Positions 1 through 10,250 of a stretch of DNA of 64,000 nt are shown here, piece after piece (the first letter of the stretch is position 1; each line of letters starts with the position of its first letter). The stretch spans positions 3,296,001-3,360,000 of the forward strand of contig OZ241869.1 of NCBI GenBank assembly GCA_965202805.1. The letters run 5' to 3'. The notes beneath the pieces are model-generated. The model saw nothing but the letters and a program-made list of their open reading frames with translations, made no database searches and was not told the origin of the DNA. The position numbers and the translations under genes are program-made. The stretch comes from Longimicrobiales bacterium (GTDB lineage: Bacteria; Gemmatimonadota; Gemmatimonadetes; Longimicrobiales; Gaopeijiaceae).

Positions 1-1009
1 CGGTGCCCAGGAAGCGGATCAGCTCGGCGTTGACGATGTCCGGCGCCTCCTCGTGGGGGTTGTGGCCGATGTTCGGGATGAGAAAGACCTCCCCGTTGGG
101 CAGGATCCCGGCGGCCCGGCGGGCGTTGGCGGGAAAGTCCGGTCCGTCGATCTCGCCGCCGAGGATCAGCGCCTTCGTCCTGATGTGCGGCCAGTCGTCC
201 ACCACGGTGTCCATCGAGCGCAGGTTGCCGCCGAGCCGGCGCACGTACGCGAGCCGGGGCCAGTCCCCGCTCAGCCGCTGGCCGTGCCGGATGCGCAGGT
301 GGTCCAGGAACTCCGGCTTCCACTCCACGTAGCGGCGCGTGTCGGTCCGCACGTCCGCCTCGTAGGCGCGCTGGAGGTCCGGGTCGGCGTCGATCTCGCC
401 ATCGAACGGACGAAACCCGCGCCCGGCGCGGTTGTCGGTCAGACCGATCTGGTTAATGGTGACCAGATGCGTCGTCTTCTCCGGATACAGGAAGGCGAAA
501 CGGGTCGCCATCATCCCGCCCATGGAGTGTCCGATGACGGCGGCCTCGGAGATGCCGAGGTGTTCCATCAGCCGGGCCGTGTTCGAGGCGTGCAGGCTCA
601 TGCTGTACGGCAGAATCGGCTTGGACGATTTCCCCCAGCCGAGCCGGTCCTTCACAACGACCCGGTACCCCTCGTTGGCGAGGGCCTCGATCTGGCGCTC
701 CCAGTACCAGCCGTAGTAGCTGCCTCCGTGGTGGAAGACCGCGGCGCGACCGTTCGCGGGCCCGACCGGAGCGATGTCCATGTAGGCGATCCGCACATCC
801 TGGCCGTAGACGCGCAGGTTCATGAACTCGACCGGATGCGGGTACTCGAAGTCCTCCAGGTTGATCGAGATCGGCCCCCACTCGGCGGGCGGCTGGGCGG
901 GCGGGTGATGGGACTGCGCCGCGCCCGGATGCGGCGGCGCGAGGGCCAGCAGCGCGGCGAGTGACAGCGCGGCGCACATGTGCGTCGTGGGGGATACGGT
1001 GGTGGTCAT
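1..1009 (-). CDS. Secreted alpha/beta-fold hydrolase (3' end runs off the window)
   Basis: Manual translation from ATG at 1009 with GGAG RBS (MTTTVSPTTHMCAALSLAALL...). It has a signal-peptide-like N-terminus, an HGG oxyanion motif, the GHSMGG nucleophile elbow and a C-terminal GHNPHEE catalytic His. Absent from the ORF track because no stop lies in the window. Confidence 0.85.
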   Translation of the reverse strand, partial: MTTTVSPTTHMCAALSLAALLALAPPHPGAAQSHHPPAQPPAEWGPISINLEDFEYPHPVEFMNLRVYGQDVRIAYMDIAPVGPANGRAAVFHHGGSYYGWYWERQIEALANEGYRVVVKDRLGWGKSSKPILPYSMSLHASNTARLMEHLGISEAAVIGHSMGGMMATRFAFLYPEKTTHLVTINQIGLTDNRAGRGFRPFDGEIDADPDLQRAYEADVRTDTRRYVEWKPEFLDHLRIRHGQRLSGDWPRLAYVRRLGGNLRSMDTVVDDWPHIRTKALILGGEIDGPDFPANARRAAGILPNGEVFLIPNIGHNPHEEAPDIVNAELIRFLGT

Positions 1010-1076
1010 TGGTCTTCTCCTGTCGCTGCATGTCCACTGCCGGGGTCGGTTGGGGCGAATCCCGTCCATTGTACGT

Positions 1077-2240
1077 CTATCCCGGGTTGCCGAGCACCTC
1101 GAACGGGTCCCCGGCTTCCTCGGTCCCTGCCTTGATCGCCGCGATGGCCGAGCCCAGATCGCCGCCGTGCTCATCGAGCAGCGCCTGGAAGTCGGGCAGC
1201 CGGTGGTAGTAGCGCATGCGCGCGAGCAGCGTGGCGTTGTTGAGCGGGGTGTTCACGAAGCCCGCGTAGCTGCTCGCTTCGAAGGTCGGCTGCACTTCGG
1301 CGACGAAGCGCTCCAGCGCCTCGGCGAAGATCCGTTCACGCGCCGCCAGGCGCTCCTCCCGGGTCAGCGCGGCATCGCCGTAGATGCGCTCCAGGTCCGC
1401 CACCAGACCGTCCAGGAATACCGAGAACTTCATCGCATCGCCCCACCGCTGGCGCGCGCGCGTGCAGCGCACGGTCGGGATCTCGCCCGAATCGGCGCAG
1501 AAGAACGCGGCCGCGCCGGCATCGCCCACGAAGGTAGCGAAGCTCTCGTTGAAGCGGACGCTGCCCGCCACCCACAGGTGGGCGTGCGAGACTTCGTGCA
1601 GGAGGGTCTGGACCACCCCGATCTCGTCCTGGCGCAGCACCGTGGACATCAGCGGGTCCGCGAACCATCCCAGGGTGCTGAAGGCGGAGGTGGGGCGCAG
1701 CCAGGTGTCGAATCCCTCCTCTTCCAGCTTGCGCTGTTCGTCCAGGGCGTCGTCCAGGTCGAAGAACCCCCGGTAGGGGACCCGGCCCACCACCGGGAAC
1801 CACCAGGTCCTCGCCGCCAGGCGGTCCTTTTCGGCCGCGGACAGCACCATCGCCAGGGTGTCGCGGTCGAGACGGGTGTAGGTGGTGTAGGAGTCGCCGA
1901 CGTCGAGCCCCAGCTCCTCGATGGCGAAGGTGCGCGCCAGACGGGCGAAGGTGAGCTTGCCGCGCGTGCGTTCGTCGGTGTCCGGATCCACGATGACGTC
2001 CTCGATGGGCCGGCGGGCGGTCAGGATGCGGGCCTCCTCCCATCCCGCGCGAAGGACGTAGAGGGGTGAGCAGGACGCCGCCAGCGCGGTCAGCCCGAGC
2101 GCCGCAACTCCCAGCAGCCCGTGGACGAATCCACGCGAGCGGCGGGAGCGGAGAGGCGCGGAGCCGGCACCGCGCTCTGAAGGCCGCGCACCCCGCGGTC
2201 GCGCGCCGTCGCTGCTGGACTCCGGCCCGGGCCCGGCCAT
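1077..2240 (-). CDS. Putative zinc aminopeptidase lipoprotein (DUF2265-like)
   Basis: WWFPVVGRVPYRGFF, AFSTLGWFADP, HEVSH (HExxH) and FNESFATFVG motifs; lipobox-like AASC. The true start may be downstream of 2240. Confidence 0.8.
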   Translation of the reverse strand: MAGPGPESSSDGARPRGARPSERGAGSAPLRSRRSRGFVHGLLGVAALGLTALAASCSPLYVLRAGWEEARILTARRPIEDVIVDPDTDERTRGKLTFARLARTFAIEELGLDVGDSYTTYTRLDRDTLAMVLSAAEKDRLAARTWWFPVVGRVPYRGFFDLDDALDEQRKLEEEGFDTWLRPTSAFSTLGWFADPLMSTVLRQDEIGVVQTLLHEVSHAHLWVAGSVRFNESFATFVGDAGAAAFFCADSGEIPTVRCTRARQRWGDAMKFSVFLDGLVADLERIYGDAALTREERLAARERIFAEALERFVAEVQPTFEASSYAGFVNTPLNNATLLARMRYYHRLPDFQALLDEHGGDLGSAIAAIKAGTEEAGDPFEVLGNPG

Positions 2241-2245
2241 CGCCC

Positions 2246-3139
2246 CTAGTTCCCGCCTCCAAGCGAGCGCATCAGGGGGATCCCGCCCTCGGTGGGCACG
2301 TACACCACCGAACCCGCGGGCAGCTCGCCCAGCTTCTCGATGTAGTGGAACGTCAGGTACTCGGGCGTAAGCCCCTCGGAGATGATCCGCTGGGCCTCGG
2401 CGATGCCCCGCGCCTCCTCGATCTGCTGGCGGGCGCGCTCCTGGATGATCTCGGTCTGGAAGCGCTCCTGGGCGACCTGCTGTTCGCGCTGCTGGCGCTC
2501 CTCAATGGCCTGGCGCACGCCCTCGGGGGCCTGGATGTCGCGCACGAACGCCTGCACCACGTTGATGCGGTCCTCCGCGCTGGCCTGGATCGCGGCCTCG
2601 ATGTTGTCGGAGAGCTCGGCGCGGTCGGGGGAGAAGATCTCGTTGATGGAGCGCGTGGCGACCGCGTCGCGGACTCCGTTCCGCACGGAGTTGAGCACGA
2701 TGGCGGCGGTGATCTGCCGTTCCGTTCCCAGCTCCTGGAAGAGGGAAGGGGTGCGACTCGGTTCGATCTGGTAGAGCACCGAAACCTCGAGCGTCACGTT
2801 GAGCTGCTCGCTGGTCTGCGCCTCGATGCGCTCGACCGTTCCCCCCGTCGGGAAGCTCTGCTCGCGCACCGACATCTTCTCGATGCTCGCGAAGGGATTG
2901 ACGACGTGTACGCCTTGCGCGTGAGCACGCGGGGTGACGCGGCCCAGAAAGTGTTCCACCCCCACCTCGCCGACATCGATCAGGATCACGGAGTTCATCG
3001 CCAGGAGGGCGACGCCCGCCGTCATCACCCCGTAGGAGATGAGCCGGGTCATGCCGGGGTTACGGCCGGTGGTGGTGGAGAACGCGCGGATGAGCCCGCC
3101 AACGGCAATGGTGATACAGGCAAGCAGTGCGGAAGTCAT
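2246..3139 (-). CDS. SPFH/prohibitin (band 7) family membrane protein
   Basis: N-terminal TM segments, GEVGV...GVHVVNPF, VRDAVA, and a coiled-coil AIEERQ...EARGIAEAQRII region. Confidence 0.85.
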   Translation of the reverse strand: MTSALLACITIAVGGLIRAFSTTTGRNPGMTRLISYGVMTAGVALLAMNSVILIDVGEVGVEHFLGRVTPRAHAQGVHVVNPFASIEKMSVREQSFPTGGTVERIEAQTSEQLNVTLEVSVLYQIEPSRTPSLFQELGTERQITAAIVLNSVRNGVRDAVATRSINEIFSPDRAELSDNIEAAIQASAEDRINVVQAFVRDIQAPEGVRQAIEERQQREQQVAQERFQTEIIQERARQQIEEARGIAEAQRIISEGLTPEYLTFHYIEKLGELPAGSVVYVPTEGGIPLMRSLGGGN

Positions 3140-3143
3140 GCGT

Positions 3144-3902
3144 TTATTCCTCCGTTCGAGGTGGATCGTCGCCCGAGCGGCGGGCGAGCTCGGCGCCGAC
3201 GGTGTGGAGCGAGACGCCCGCGCCCAGCAGCGCGACCATCAGGTGGTACAGGAGGTCGGCTGCCTCCTCGGTAATTGCTACGGGGTCACGCCGGGTCAGT
3301 GCGACGGTCAGCTCCACCAGCTCCTCGCCCAGCTTCTTCAGCCGGAGATTCCCGTCCGCGAGCAGGTGCGCGGTATTGCTGCCGGCCGGCATTTCCTTGG
3401 CGCGTGAGCGCAGCGTGACCCAGAGGTTGTCCAGCACCTCGCCTCCGCGGAAGGTGGACCGTCCCCCGGAATGGTCTTCCGCGGCAACGGCGACGGCCGG
3501 CTTCGGTTCATCGGTCCCGGGTTCGACGAAGCAGGTGCGCGTCCCCATGTGGCACGCGGGACCGGCCGGGCGCACCTTCGCCAGCACCGCGTCCGCGTCG
3601 CAATCCAGGTGCAGCGATACCAGCGACAACACGTTCCCGGAGGTCGCGCCCTTGCGCCAGATTTCCTTTCTGGACCGCGACCAGTAGTACATCTGGCCCG
3701 TATCCAGGGTCAGGGCGAGAGTCGTGCGGTTGGAGTACGCCAGCATGAGGACTTCATCGGTCCTGGCGTCCTGGGTGATCACGGGAACGAGGCCGTCGGC
3801 GCGGAAGCTCACGTAGCTCAGATCGCGCGTGTGCAGAATGCGCCGGCCCGGAAGCGTGTCCGGCGGCCCGTCGCTGGCCAGTGCATCAGGTGGGACGGTC
3901 AT
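3144..3902 (-). CDS. hisIE: Bifunctional phosphoribosyl-AMP cyclohydrolase / phosphoribosyl-ATP pyrophosphatase
   Basis: [34 protein letters not shown] and EAADLLYHL motifs; the ATG overlaps the hisF stop (ATGA). Confidence 0.95.
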   Translation of the reverse strand: MTVPPDALASDGPPDTLPGRRILHTRDLSYVSFRADGLVPVITQDARTDEVLMLAYSNRTTLALTLDTGQMYYWSRSRKEIWRKGATSGNVLSLVSLHLDCDADAVLAKVRPAGPACHMGTRTCFVEPGTDEPKPAVAVAAEDHSGGRSTFRGGEVLDNLWVTLRSRAKEMPAGSNTAHLLADGNLRLKKLGEELVELTVALTRRDPVAITEEAADLLYHLMVALLGAGVSLHTVGAELARRSGDDPPRTEE

Positions 3903-4684
3903 CCTGAGTTGCTCCTTCCGGCGCCGTTCGATGCCCGCATCGAGATCCCTCGCGCCGCGAGTACGGATTTTATGTTCGTCACGGTGGTCACCCCGTCGTG
4001 CAGAATGCCGGCCAGCAGCGCGGCTGATGCCCTCCCGCGGGTCAGCACTTCCAGCACGTCCTCCGCCGAACCGCCGCCGCCGGAGGCCACTACCGGTACC
4101 GATACCCGCGATGCCACCCGCCGGGTCAACTCCAGATCGTAACCGATGCGGGAGCCGTCCCGGTCGATGCTCGTGAGCAGGATCTCGCCCGCCCCCCGCC
4201 GCGCGCACTCGGCGGCCCACTCGACGGCGTCCAGGTCCTTTGGCAACCTGCCCCCGTGCGTGTACACGCGCCATCCATCCCCCTCGCGGGCCGCATCGAT
4301 GCTGGCGACCAGACACTGGCTGCCGTAGCGTGCCGCGCACTCGGCGGCGAGTTCCGGCTGGCGGGCCAGGGCGGAGTTCACGCTCACCTTGTCGGCGCCC
4401 GCCCGCAGCAGCGCGCCCAGGTCATCCACGGTCCGGACCCCGCCCCCGACGGTCAGCGGGATGAAGAGCGCTTCGGCCGTCCTGCGGACCGTATCGAGCA
4501 GCGTGGCGCGACCCTCGTGGGACGCGGTGATGTCCAGGAAGACCACCTCGTCGGCCCCGTCGGCCTCGTAGCGGCCGGCCAGCTCCACCGGGTCCCCCAC
4601 GTCGCGCAGGTTCACGAAGCGGGTTCCCTTCACCACGCGTCCATCCCGGACATCCAGGCAGACGACGATTCGAGGTCGCAACAT
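3899..4684 (-). CDS. hisF: Imidazole glycerol phosphate synthase cyclase subunit
   Basis: [44 protein letters not shown]. Confidence 0.97.
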   Translation of the reverse strand: MLRPRIVVCLDVRDGRVVKGTRFVNLRDVGDPVELAGRYEADGADEVVFLDITASHEGRATLLDTVRRTAEALFIPLTVGGGVRTVDDLGALLRAGADKVSVNSALARQPELAAECAARYGSQCLVASIDAAREGDGWRVYTHGGRLPKDLDAVEWAAECARRGAGEILLTSIDRDGSRIGYDLELTRRVASRVSVPVVASGGGGSAEDVLEVLTRGRASAALLAGILHDGVTTVTNIKSVLAARGISMRASNGAGRSNSG

Positions 4685-4692
4685 GGCCCGAT

Positions 4693-5244
4693 CTAGCTGC
4701 CGGGAGCGGGATCGCGCGTCACCCGCACCGCGCCCTTGGTGCTGAAGACGCCCTCACCCTCCTCGAGCGCCTGGCGCAGGGCGAGTCCCGTCGCCTTCAC
4801 CGCGGCCTCGATCACGTGATGGCGGTTGCGGCCCCGGACGACGCGGATGTGCAGGGTCGCGGCGAGATGCGTGGACAGGCTCTGGAAGAAGTGATCGGCG
4901 AGGCTGGTGGGCAGATCGCCGACGTAATACGCGCGCCCACCGGTGTCGATCGCGGTCTGGACCAGCGCTTCGTCCATCGGCACCGTCGCCCACCCGTAGC
5001 GCGCCGCATGCTCCGGGACGATGTCGGCCAGCGCCATCCCCAGGGCGATCGCCACATCCTCCACGAGATGGTGGTGCAGATCACCGCGCGCCTCGACCGC
5101 GAGCTCGAGCCCGGAGTAGCGGGCGAAGGTCACCAGCATGTGATCGAGAAAGCCGTCGCCGGTGTCGATGCGGGGGGACCCGTCGCCCCGCTTCACCTCG
5201 ACGCGCACCCGCGTCTCCCCGGTCTCGCGCAGGATCCGGCCCAT
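4693..5244 (-). CDS. hisB: Imidazoleglycerol-phosphate dehydratase (monofunctional)
   Basis: [36 protein letters not shown] and STKG motifs; no phosphatase domain. Confidence 0.95.
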   Translation of the reverse strand: MGRILRETGETRVRVEVKRGDGSPRIDTGDGFLDHMLVTFARYSGLELAVEARGDLHHHLVEDVAIALGMALADIVPEHAARYGWATVPMDEALVQTAIDTGGRAYYVGDLPTSLADHFFQSLSTHLAATLHIRVVRGRNRHHVIEAAVKATGLALRQALEEGEGVFSTKGAVRVTRDPAPGS

Positions 5245-5272
5245 CGTCACAGCTCCCTGGCTCTGGTTTGCA

Positions 5273-5986
5273 TCATCCACCGAACTCGCGGGCCACCGCC
5301 TCGACGGGCAGGGTGCCGTCGTAGAGGGCCATACCCAGGACCGCTCCCGCGGCTCCCGCCCTCCCCAGGCGCCGCAGCTCCTCCAGGGCGCTGATGCCCC
5401 CGGACATCCATACGGGATGCGACGACGCCCGGATGACCGTGCCGGCCCGCTCCAGGTCGCTGCCCTGCACCCGGCCCTCGCGGGCCACGTCCGTGCACAG
5501 TACGCCCGCAAGAGGAAGATCGTCCAACGCCGCCAGAAAGTCCTCGACGGTGGTGCCGCTGCTCCGGGTCCAGCCGCGGCGCAGCACCTTGCCGTCGCGC
5601 ATGTCGGCGGCGACCAGGATCCGGTCGGGGAATGCGGCCGCCGCGCGGGCGAGCCACGCGGAGTCCTCCACGGCCCTCGTGCCCACGATGACGCGGTCCG
5701 CGCCGGCCGCGAGCGCCCGTTCGATGCCCGCGCGGTCCCGCACCCCGCCCCCGAACTGGGTGACCGCGTCCGTGCAGGTGATCAGGTCGCGCACCACGGC
5801 GCGGTTGTGGCCCCTGCCCAGCGCGGCATCCAGGTCCACGACGTGCAGGGTGCGAAAGCCGTTGCGCCACCAGCGCGCGGCCACCGCCGCGGGGTCCGGG
5901 AGGGAGACCCGCTCGGTCTCGGGTAGCCCGCCCACCCACTGCACGCAGCGTCCTCCGCTGACGTCGACCGCGGGGACGGCGATCAC
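5273..5986 (-). CDS. hisA: ProFAR isomerase (HisA)
   Basis: PAVDVSGGRCV, LHVVDLDAA, QFGGGVR, TDVAREG, SGGI; position in the his operon. Confidence 0.93.
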   Translation of the reverse strand: MIAVPAVDVSGGRCVQWVGGLPETERVSLPDPAAVAARWWRNGFRTLHVVDLDAALGRGHNRAVVRDLITCTDAVTQFGGGVRDRAGIERALAAGADRVIVGTRAVEDSAWLARAAAAFPDRILVAADMRDGKVLRRGWTRSSGTTVEDFLAALDDLPLAGVLCTDVAREGRVQGSDLERAGTVIRASSHPVWMSGGISALEELRRLGRAGAAGAVLGMALYDGTLPVEAVAREFGG

Positions 5987-5996
5987 GGGCGGGGGT

Positions 5997-6599
5997 TCAC
6001 CGCGCCGCCTCCGCCAGGAAGTTGGCGATGATGCGCAGTCCGGGCCGGGAGCTCTTTTCCGGGTGGAACTGGGTCCCCCAGCAGCGTTCGCGGCGTACTG
6101 CGGCCGCGAACCGGTCGCCCTGGTACTCGGTCCAGGCGGTGACCGCGCCCTCGTCGCGGGGGCGGCAGACGTAGCTGTTGGCGTAGTAGGCGACCAGATC
6201 CCGCGTGTCCGCGAAGAGCGGATCGTCCTCCGTGGCCACGTCGTTCCACCCCATGTGGGGCACGATCCCGCCCCGCAGCCGCTCCACGCGTCCGGGCAGG
6301 AAGCCGATGCCCGGGCCGCCGCCCTCGTCGCTCTCGTCGAAGAGGACCTGCATGCCGAGGCAGATGCCCAGGCACGGAAGGCCCTCTTCCAGCGCCTCCC
6401 TCACATCGTCTCCGGCGCCGTCGAGAGCGCGTGCGGCGGTCGCGAAGGACCCCACCCCGGGAAGAACCAGCGCGTCCGCCGAGAGCGCCTCCCGGCAGTC
6501 GGTGAAGACCTCCGTGGACGCGCCCGAGACCTCGATCGCCTTGACGAGGGAATGAAGGTTGCCCGCGCCGTAGTCGAAGACGCCGACGCGCAAGGTCAT
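5997..6599 (-). CDS. hisH: Imidazole glycerol phosphate synthase glutamine amidotransferase subunit
   Basis: DYGAGNLHS, LPGVGSF, LGICLGMQ, PHMGWN, QFHPEKS; ATGA overlap with hisC. Confidence 0.96.
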   Translation of the reverse strand: MTLRVGVFDYGAGNLHSLVKAIEVSGASTEVFTDCREALSADALVLPGVGSFATAARALDGAGDDVREALEEGLPCLGICLGMQVLFDESDEGGGPGIGFLPGRVERLRGGIVPHMGWNDVATEDDPLFADTRDLVAYYANSYVCRPRDEGAVTAWTEYQGDRFAAAVRRERCWGTQFHPEKSSRPGLRIIANFLAEAAR

Positions 6600-7723
6600 C
6601 CGGCGGTCTCGGCGGCGGCCGCCTTCCGGCTCGCACCCCGGGTGGCCGGGCCGCAGATCTCCTCCCACGCCTCGATGAAGCGCTCGATGACCGGTGGGGG
6701 ACCTACCGTCACGCGCAGCGCCTCGCCCGCCCCGGGCACGCCGGGGAAGGGACGCACCGCGATGCCCCGGGCGATCATCTCGCGGGTCACTTCGACGGCG
6801 GGAGCCGGCACCGGCAGCATGATGAAGTTCGCGGAAGAGGGCAGGGGGTCGCCGCCGCGCCGCCGCAGTTCGGTCACCAGGAGCTCCCGGCAGGCGACGA
6901 TTTCGCGCACGGTGGGCTCGAGCCAGCCCGACCGGTCGCGCAGCGCCGCCGCCGCCGCCCGCTCGGCGAGCAGACCGACCTTGAAGGGACCGCGGGCCTT
7001 TTCGACTTCGCCCAGCAGATCGGGGTGTGCGATGCCGAACCCGGCCCGCAGCCCGGCGAGCCCGTACGCCTTCGAGAAGGTGCGCGCGATCATGATGCGC
7101 GGCACCGCGAGCGCGCGTTCGACAAGCGACTCCTCACTCGGATCGTAGCCGGCGGACGCCACCGCGAACTCGTAATACGCCTCGTCGAGGATGACCACCG
7201 GACCCGTGGATCCCACTCCGTCCAGGAGCTCGTCGATCCAGGCCCGGGAGAGGGCGGTCCCGGTGGGGTTGTTGGGCGTGCAGACGTAGATCAGGTCCGC
7301 ATCGGCGTCCAGCAGCTGCCGTGGCGAGGGTGGCCGGCGCGCGTCTCCCAGCGGGATGCCCCGAAGGCCGTTGACGACCAGCAGGTGCGGGATCATCAGG
7401 AAGGTGGGGTCGGGAAACGCCACCCGGGAACCCGGTCCGCACACCGCCCGGAAGGTCGAGTCCAGGACGTCGTCGGAGCCGCATCCGGTGATGACGCAAT
7501 CGGCGGGGACGTCGAACTTCCCGGCGACCGCGTCGCGCAGGTCGCTCGAGTAGGCCTGCGGGTAGTTGGAGATGTCGCCGGCGCCTGCACCGCGCATCAC
7601 CGAAAGGGCGTCGGGATGGCAGCCCCAGAGGTTGGTGTTGTCGGAGAGTTCGATCTCGACGGGATCCTCGATCGGCGTGTAGCGCTTGAGCGCGCGGAAG
7701 CTTTCGCGGGGGAACGGGCTCAT
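6596..7723 (-). CDS. hisC: Histidinol-phosphate aminotransferase
   Basis: LSDNTN, GSDD, PNNPTG, DEAYYEF and the PLP-lysine motif RTFSKAYGLAGLR; start MSPFPRE overlaps the hisD stop. Confidence 0.93.
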   Translation of the reverse strand: MSPFPRESFRALKRYTPIEDPVEIELSDNTNLWGCHPDALSVMRGAGAGDISNYPQAYSSDLRDAVAGKFDVPADCVITGCGSDDVLDSTFRAVCGPGSRVAFPDPTFLMIPHLLVVNGLRGIPLGDARRPPSPRQLLDADADLIYVCTPNNPTGTALSRAWIDELLDGVGSTGPVVILDEAYYEFAVASAGYDPSEESLVERALAVPRIMIARTFSKAYGLAGLRAGFGIAHPDLLGEVEKARGPFKVGLLAERAAAAALRDRSGWLEPTVREIVACRELLVTELRRRGGDPLPSSANFIMLPVPAPAVEVTREMIARGIAVRPFPGVPGAGEALRVTVGPPPVIERFIEAWEEICGPATRGASRKAAAAETAG

Positions 7724-9012
7724 GGGGTCATCCTTGCAAGAGCGGTCTCGGCGTGACCGGGGAGTCCCTCCAGGCGGGCCAGGCGGGCCACCGGCGGCGC
7801 GAGCGACGCGGCCGCCTCCGGAAGAATGCGCTGCCACGTGTACGCGCGCACGAAGTGGTCGGTGGACAGGCCCGAATACGACCGGGAAAGACCGGCCGTG
7901 GGAAGGACATGGTTGGCGCCGGTCATGTAGTCTCCGAAGGCGACCGAACTCGACGCCCCCAGGAAAACCGTGCCCGCGGTGGGGACCTGTTCCATGGCGG
8001 CGTCCGGGTCGGCGACGTAGAGGGCGAGGTGTTCGGGGGCGTACGCGCGGGCGAAGCCGGTGGCCTGGTCGAGCGAGCGCGTCAGGACGATCGCGCCGCG
8101 GGTGGCCAGCGCCTCGCTGACCACCCGCCGCCGCGCCGCCCCGGCCACGATCACGCCCAGTTCCCGCCGCGCCTCCTCGGCGAGGCGGGCGCTGGGCGTG
8201 ATCAGCACGGCCGATGCGTCGGGGTCGTGCTCGGCCTGGGCGACCATCTCGAGCGCGACCAGCCGGGCGGGCGCGGTGTCGTCCGCGACCACCGCGATCT
8301 CGGAGGGGCCGGCGGGCGCGTCGATGACCACGTCGCCCGCCACCTGCCGCTTGGCTTCGGTGACCCAGCGGTTCCCCGGCCCCACCACCGCGTCGACCGC
8401 GGGCACCGACGCGGTGCCGTAGGCCATGGCCGCCACGGCCCCCGCCCCCCCCACCGCGAACAGCCGGGTGGCGCCCGCCAGCGCGCACGCCGCCATGACC
8501 GCCCCGGGGGGTTCGCCTTCCGGCCCGGGCGGGGAGCACACCACCACCTCGCCGACCCCGGCCTCGCGTGCGGGAATCACCCCCATCAGGACGCTCGACG
8601 GATAGGCGGCCAGGCCGCCCGGCGCGTATACTCCGGCGGCGGCGAGCGGCACCCGGCGGCGCCCGACCACCACCCCCGGCTCGGTCTCCATATGCCAGTC
8701 GGCGGGGAGCTGAGCCCGGTGGAAGGCGGCGATGTTGGCCGCGGCGCGCTCGAGCGCCGCGGTCACATCGGCGGGCAGCCGCCGCGCCGCCTCCCTCCAC
8801 CGCCGGCGCGGAACCTCCAGGGCGTCCAGTTCTACCCGGTCGTGCTCGCGCGCCAGTTCGCGCAGGGCGTCGTCCCCCCGCGCGCGCACGTCCGCGAGGA
8901 TCGCGGCAACCGCCTCGCGCACGCCCGCCTCTTCGGGGGGGCGCCGCTCCAGCAGCAGCCGGCGTTCATCCGCACTCATCGCCTCCAGCGGCGCGTCGAA
9001 GGCCAGCTTCAA
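7720..9012 (-). CDS. hisD: Histidinol dehydrogenase
   Basis: YAPGGLAAYPSSVLM, GPGNRWVTEAK, AGPSE, QAEHD, APEHL, GDYMTGANHVLPT. Start is uncertain: TTG at 9012 overlapping the hisG stop, or ATG near 8979. Confidence 0.95.
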   Translation of the reverse strand: MKLAFDAPLEAMSADERRLLLERRPPEEAGVREAVAAILADVRARGDDALRELAREHDRVELDALEVPRRRWREAARRLPADVTAALERAAANIAAFHRAQLPADWHMETEPGVVVGRRRVPLAAAGVYAPGGLAAYPSSVLMGVIPAREAGVGEVVVCSPPGPEGEPPGAVMAACALAGATRLFAVGGAGAVAAMAYGTASVPAVDAVVGPGNRWVTEAKRQVAGDVVIDAPAGPSEIAVVADDTAPARLVALEMVAQAEHDPDASAVLITPSARLAEEARRELGVIVAGAARRRVVSEALATRGAIVLTRSLDQATGFARAYAPEHLALYVADPDAAMEQVPTAGTVFLGASSSVAFGDYMTGANHVLPTAGLSRSYSGLSTDHFVRAYTWQRILPEAAASLAPPVARLARLEGLPGHAETALARMTP

Positions 9013-9878
9013 GGCATCAGCCTCTCGATCGCGGTGACCAGGATGCCCTCCGCCCCGAGCTTCTTCAGCCGCGGAATCGTGCTCGACAGGCAATCGGCGT
9101 CGACCACCGCGTGCGCCGCGACCCAGGGACCCCCGCCCATGACTTCCACGATGGTCGGCCCCGAGATGCCGGGAATCACCTTCCGGACCTCATCCAGCCG
9201 GTCGCGGGGCACGTTGGCCATCAGATATCTTTTCTCGCGCGCGAGACGAACCGACTCGAGCGCCAGACAGAGCTCCGAGATCCTGTTGCCGAAGTCGGCC
9301 CGGTCCAGCACGGCCTCGCTCGCGATCAGGCGGGCCGTGGACTCCAGGAGGGTTTCGACTTCCCGCATCCCGTTCACGCGCAGCGTGGAGCCGGTCGCCG
9401 TGAGGTCCACGATGATCTCGGCCACCCCCAGGTGGGGCGCAATCTCGGCGGCGCCCGACACGGACGCGATCTCGACCGCGATCCCGAGCCTGTCGAAATA
9501 CGATCGCGTCAGCCGCGGAAACGCGGTGGCCACGCGCGTGCCGGCGGGGATGTCGGTGATGCCGCGGATGTTGCTCTCGTCCTGCACCGCCACCACCAGC
9601 CGGCACCGGCCGAACTCCAGGTCCGCCAGTTCCCGCACCTCGCAGCCGCTCTCGGCGACCAGGTCCGCGCCCGTCACTCCGACCTCCGCCGCTCCGTCCG
9701 CCACCAGTTCGGGGATGTCGGCCGCCCGCAGGAAGATGGCCTGGTGGTCGTTGCCGAGCGGTGCCGTGAGCGAACGGTTGCTTCGCATCTGCGCGCGAAG
9801 CCCGGCTTTGCGCAGCAGCGCGAGGGCGCTCTCCGACAGGCGGCCCTTGTTGGGCAGCGCGATTCTCAGGGGCGGCAC
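9009..9878 (-). CDS. hisG: ATP phosphoribosyltransferase (long form)
   Basis: IALPNKGRL, RAADIP, VDLTATGSTLR, plus a C-terminal regulatory domain (PGISGPT...LKKLGAEGIL). Confidence 0.96.
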   Translation of the reverse strand: MPPLRIALPNKGRLSESALALLRKAGLRAQMRSNRSLTAPLGNDHQAIFLRAADIPELVADGAAEVGVTGADLVAESGCEVRELADLEFGRCRLVVAVQDESNIRGITDIPAGTRVATAFPRLTRSYFDRLGIAVEIASVSGAAEIAPHLGVAEIIVDLTATGSTLRVNGMREVETLLESTARLIASEAVLDRADFGNRISELCLALESVRLAREKRYLMANVPRDRLDEVRKVIPGISGPTIVEVMGGGPWVAAHAVVDADCLSSTIPRLKKLGAEGILVTAIERLMP

Positions 9879-9911
9879 GCGGTTCTCCCCGTCCGGGTCC
9901 GGAGGAAGCTT

Positions 9912-10250
9912 CTAGCGGGGAAGGGTGGCGAGGGCGTCCGCCCGGGAGGCCGCAACCGGGATGATTCTGTCGAAGCCGCTGATCTGGAAGACTTCGGAAA
10001 TCATGGGGGACAGCGAGCAGACCACGAACGGGACATGCTTCTGGTCGAGATGCCGGGTGACCCGGAGCAGGACGCGCAGCCCCGCGCTGCTCACGTAGCT
10101 GAGTTCCTCGCAGTCGAGGATCACGCCCCTGCCTCCCTTGTCGAGCACGCCGTCCATGCCGGACTGGAAGTCGCGCGCGTTGCCGGAGTCGATGCGGCCG
10201 CTCACGCTGACGACGAGTGCCCGCTCCTGGTGTTCGGTCCGGATCTTCAT
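9912..10250 (-). CDS. STAS-domain anti-sigma factor antagonist
   Basis: SGRID, LDCEELSYVSSAGLRVLL, VFQISGFD; ATGA overlap with the tauD stop. Confidence 0.9.
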   Translation of the reverse strand: MKIRTEHQERALVVSVSGRIDSGNARDFQSGMDGVLDKGGRGVILDCEELSYVSSAGLRVLLRVTRHLDQKHVPFVVCSLSPMISEVFQISGFDRIIPVAASRADALATLPR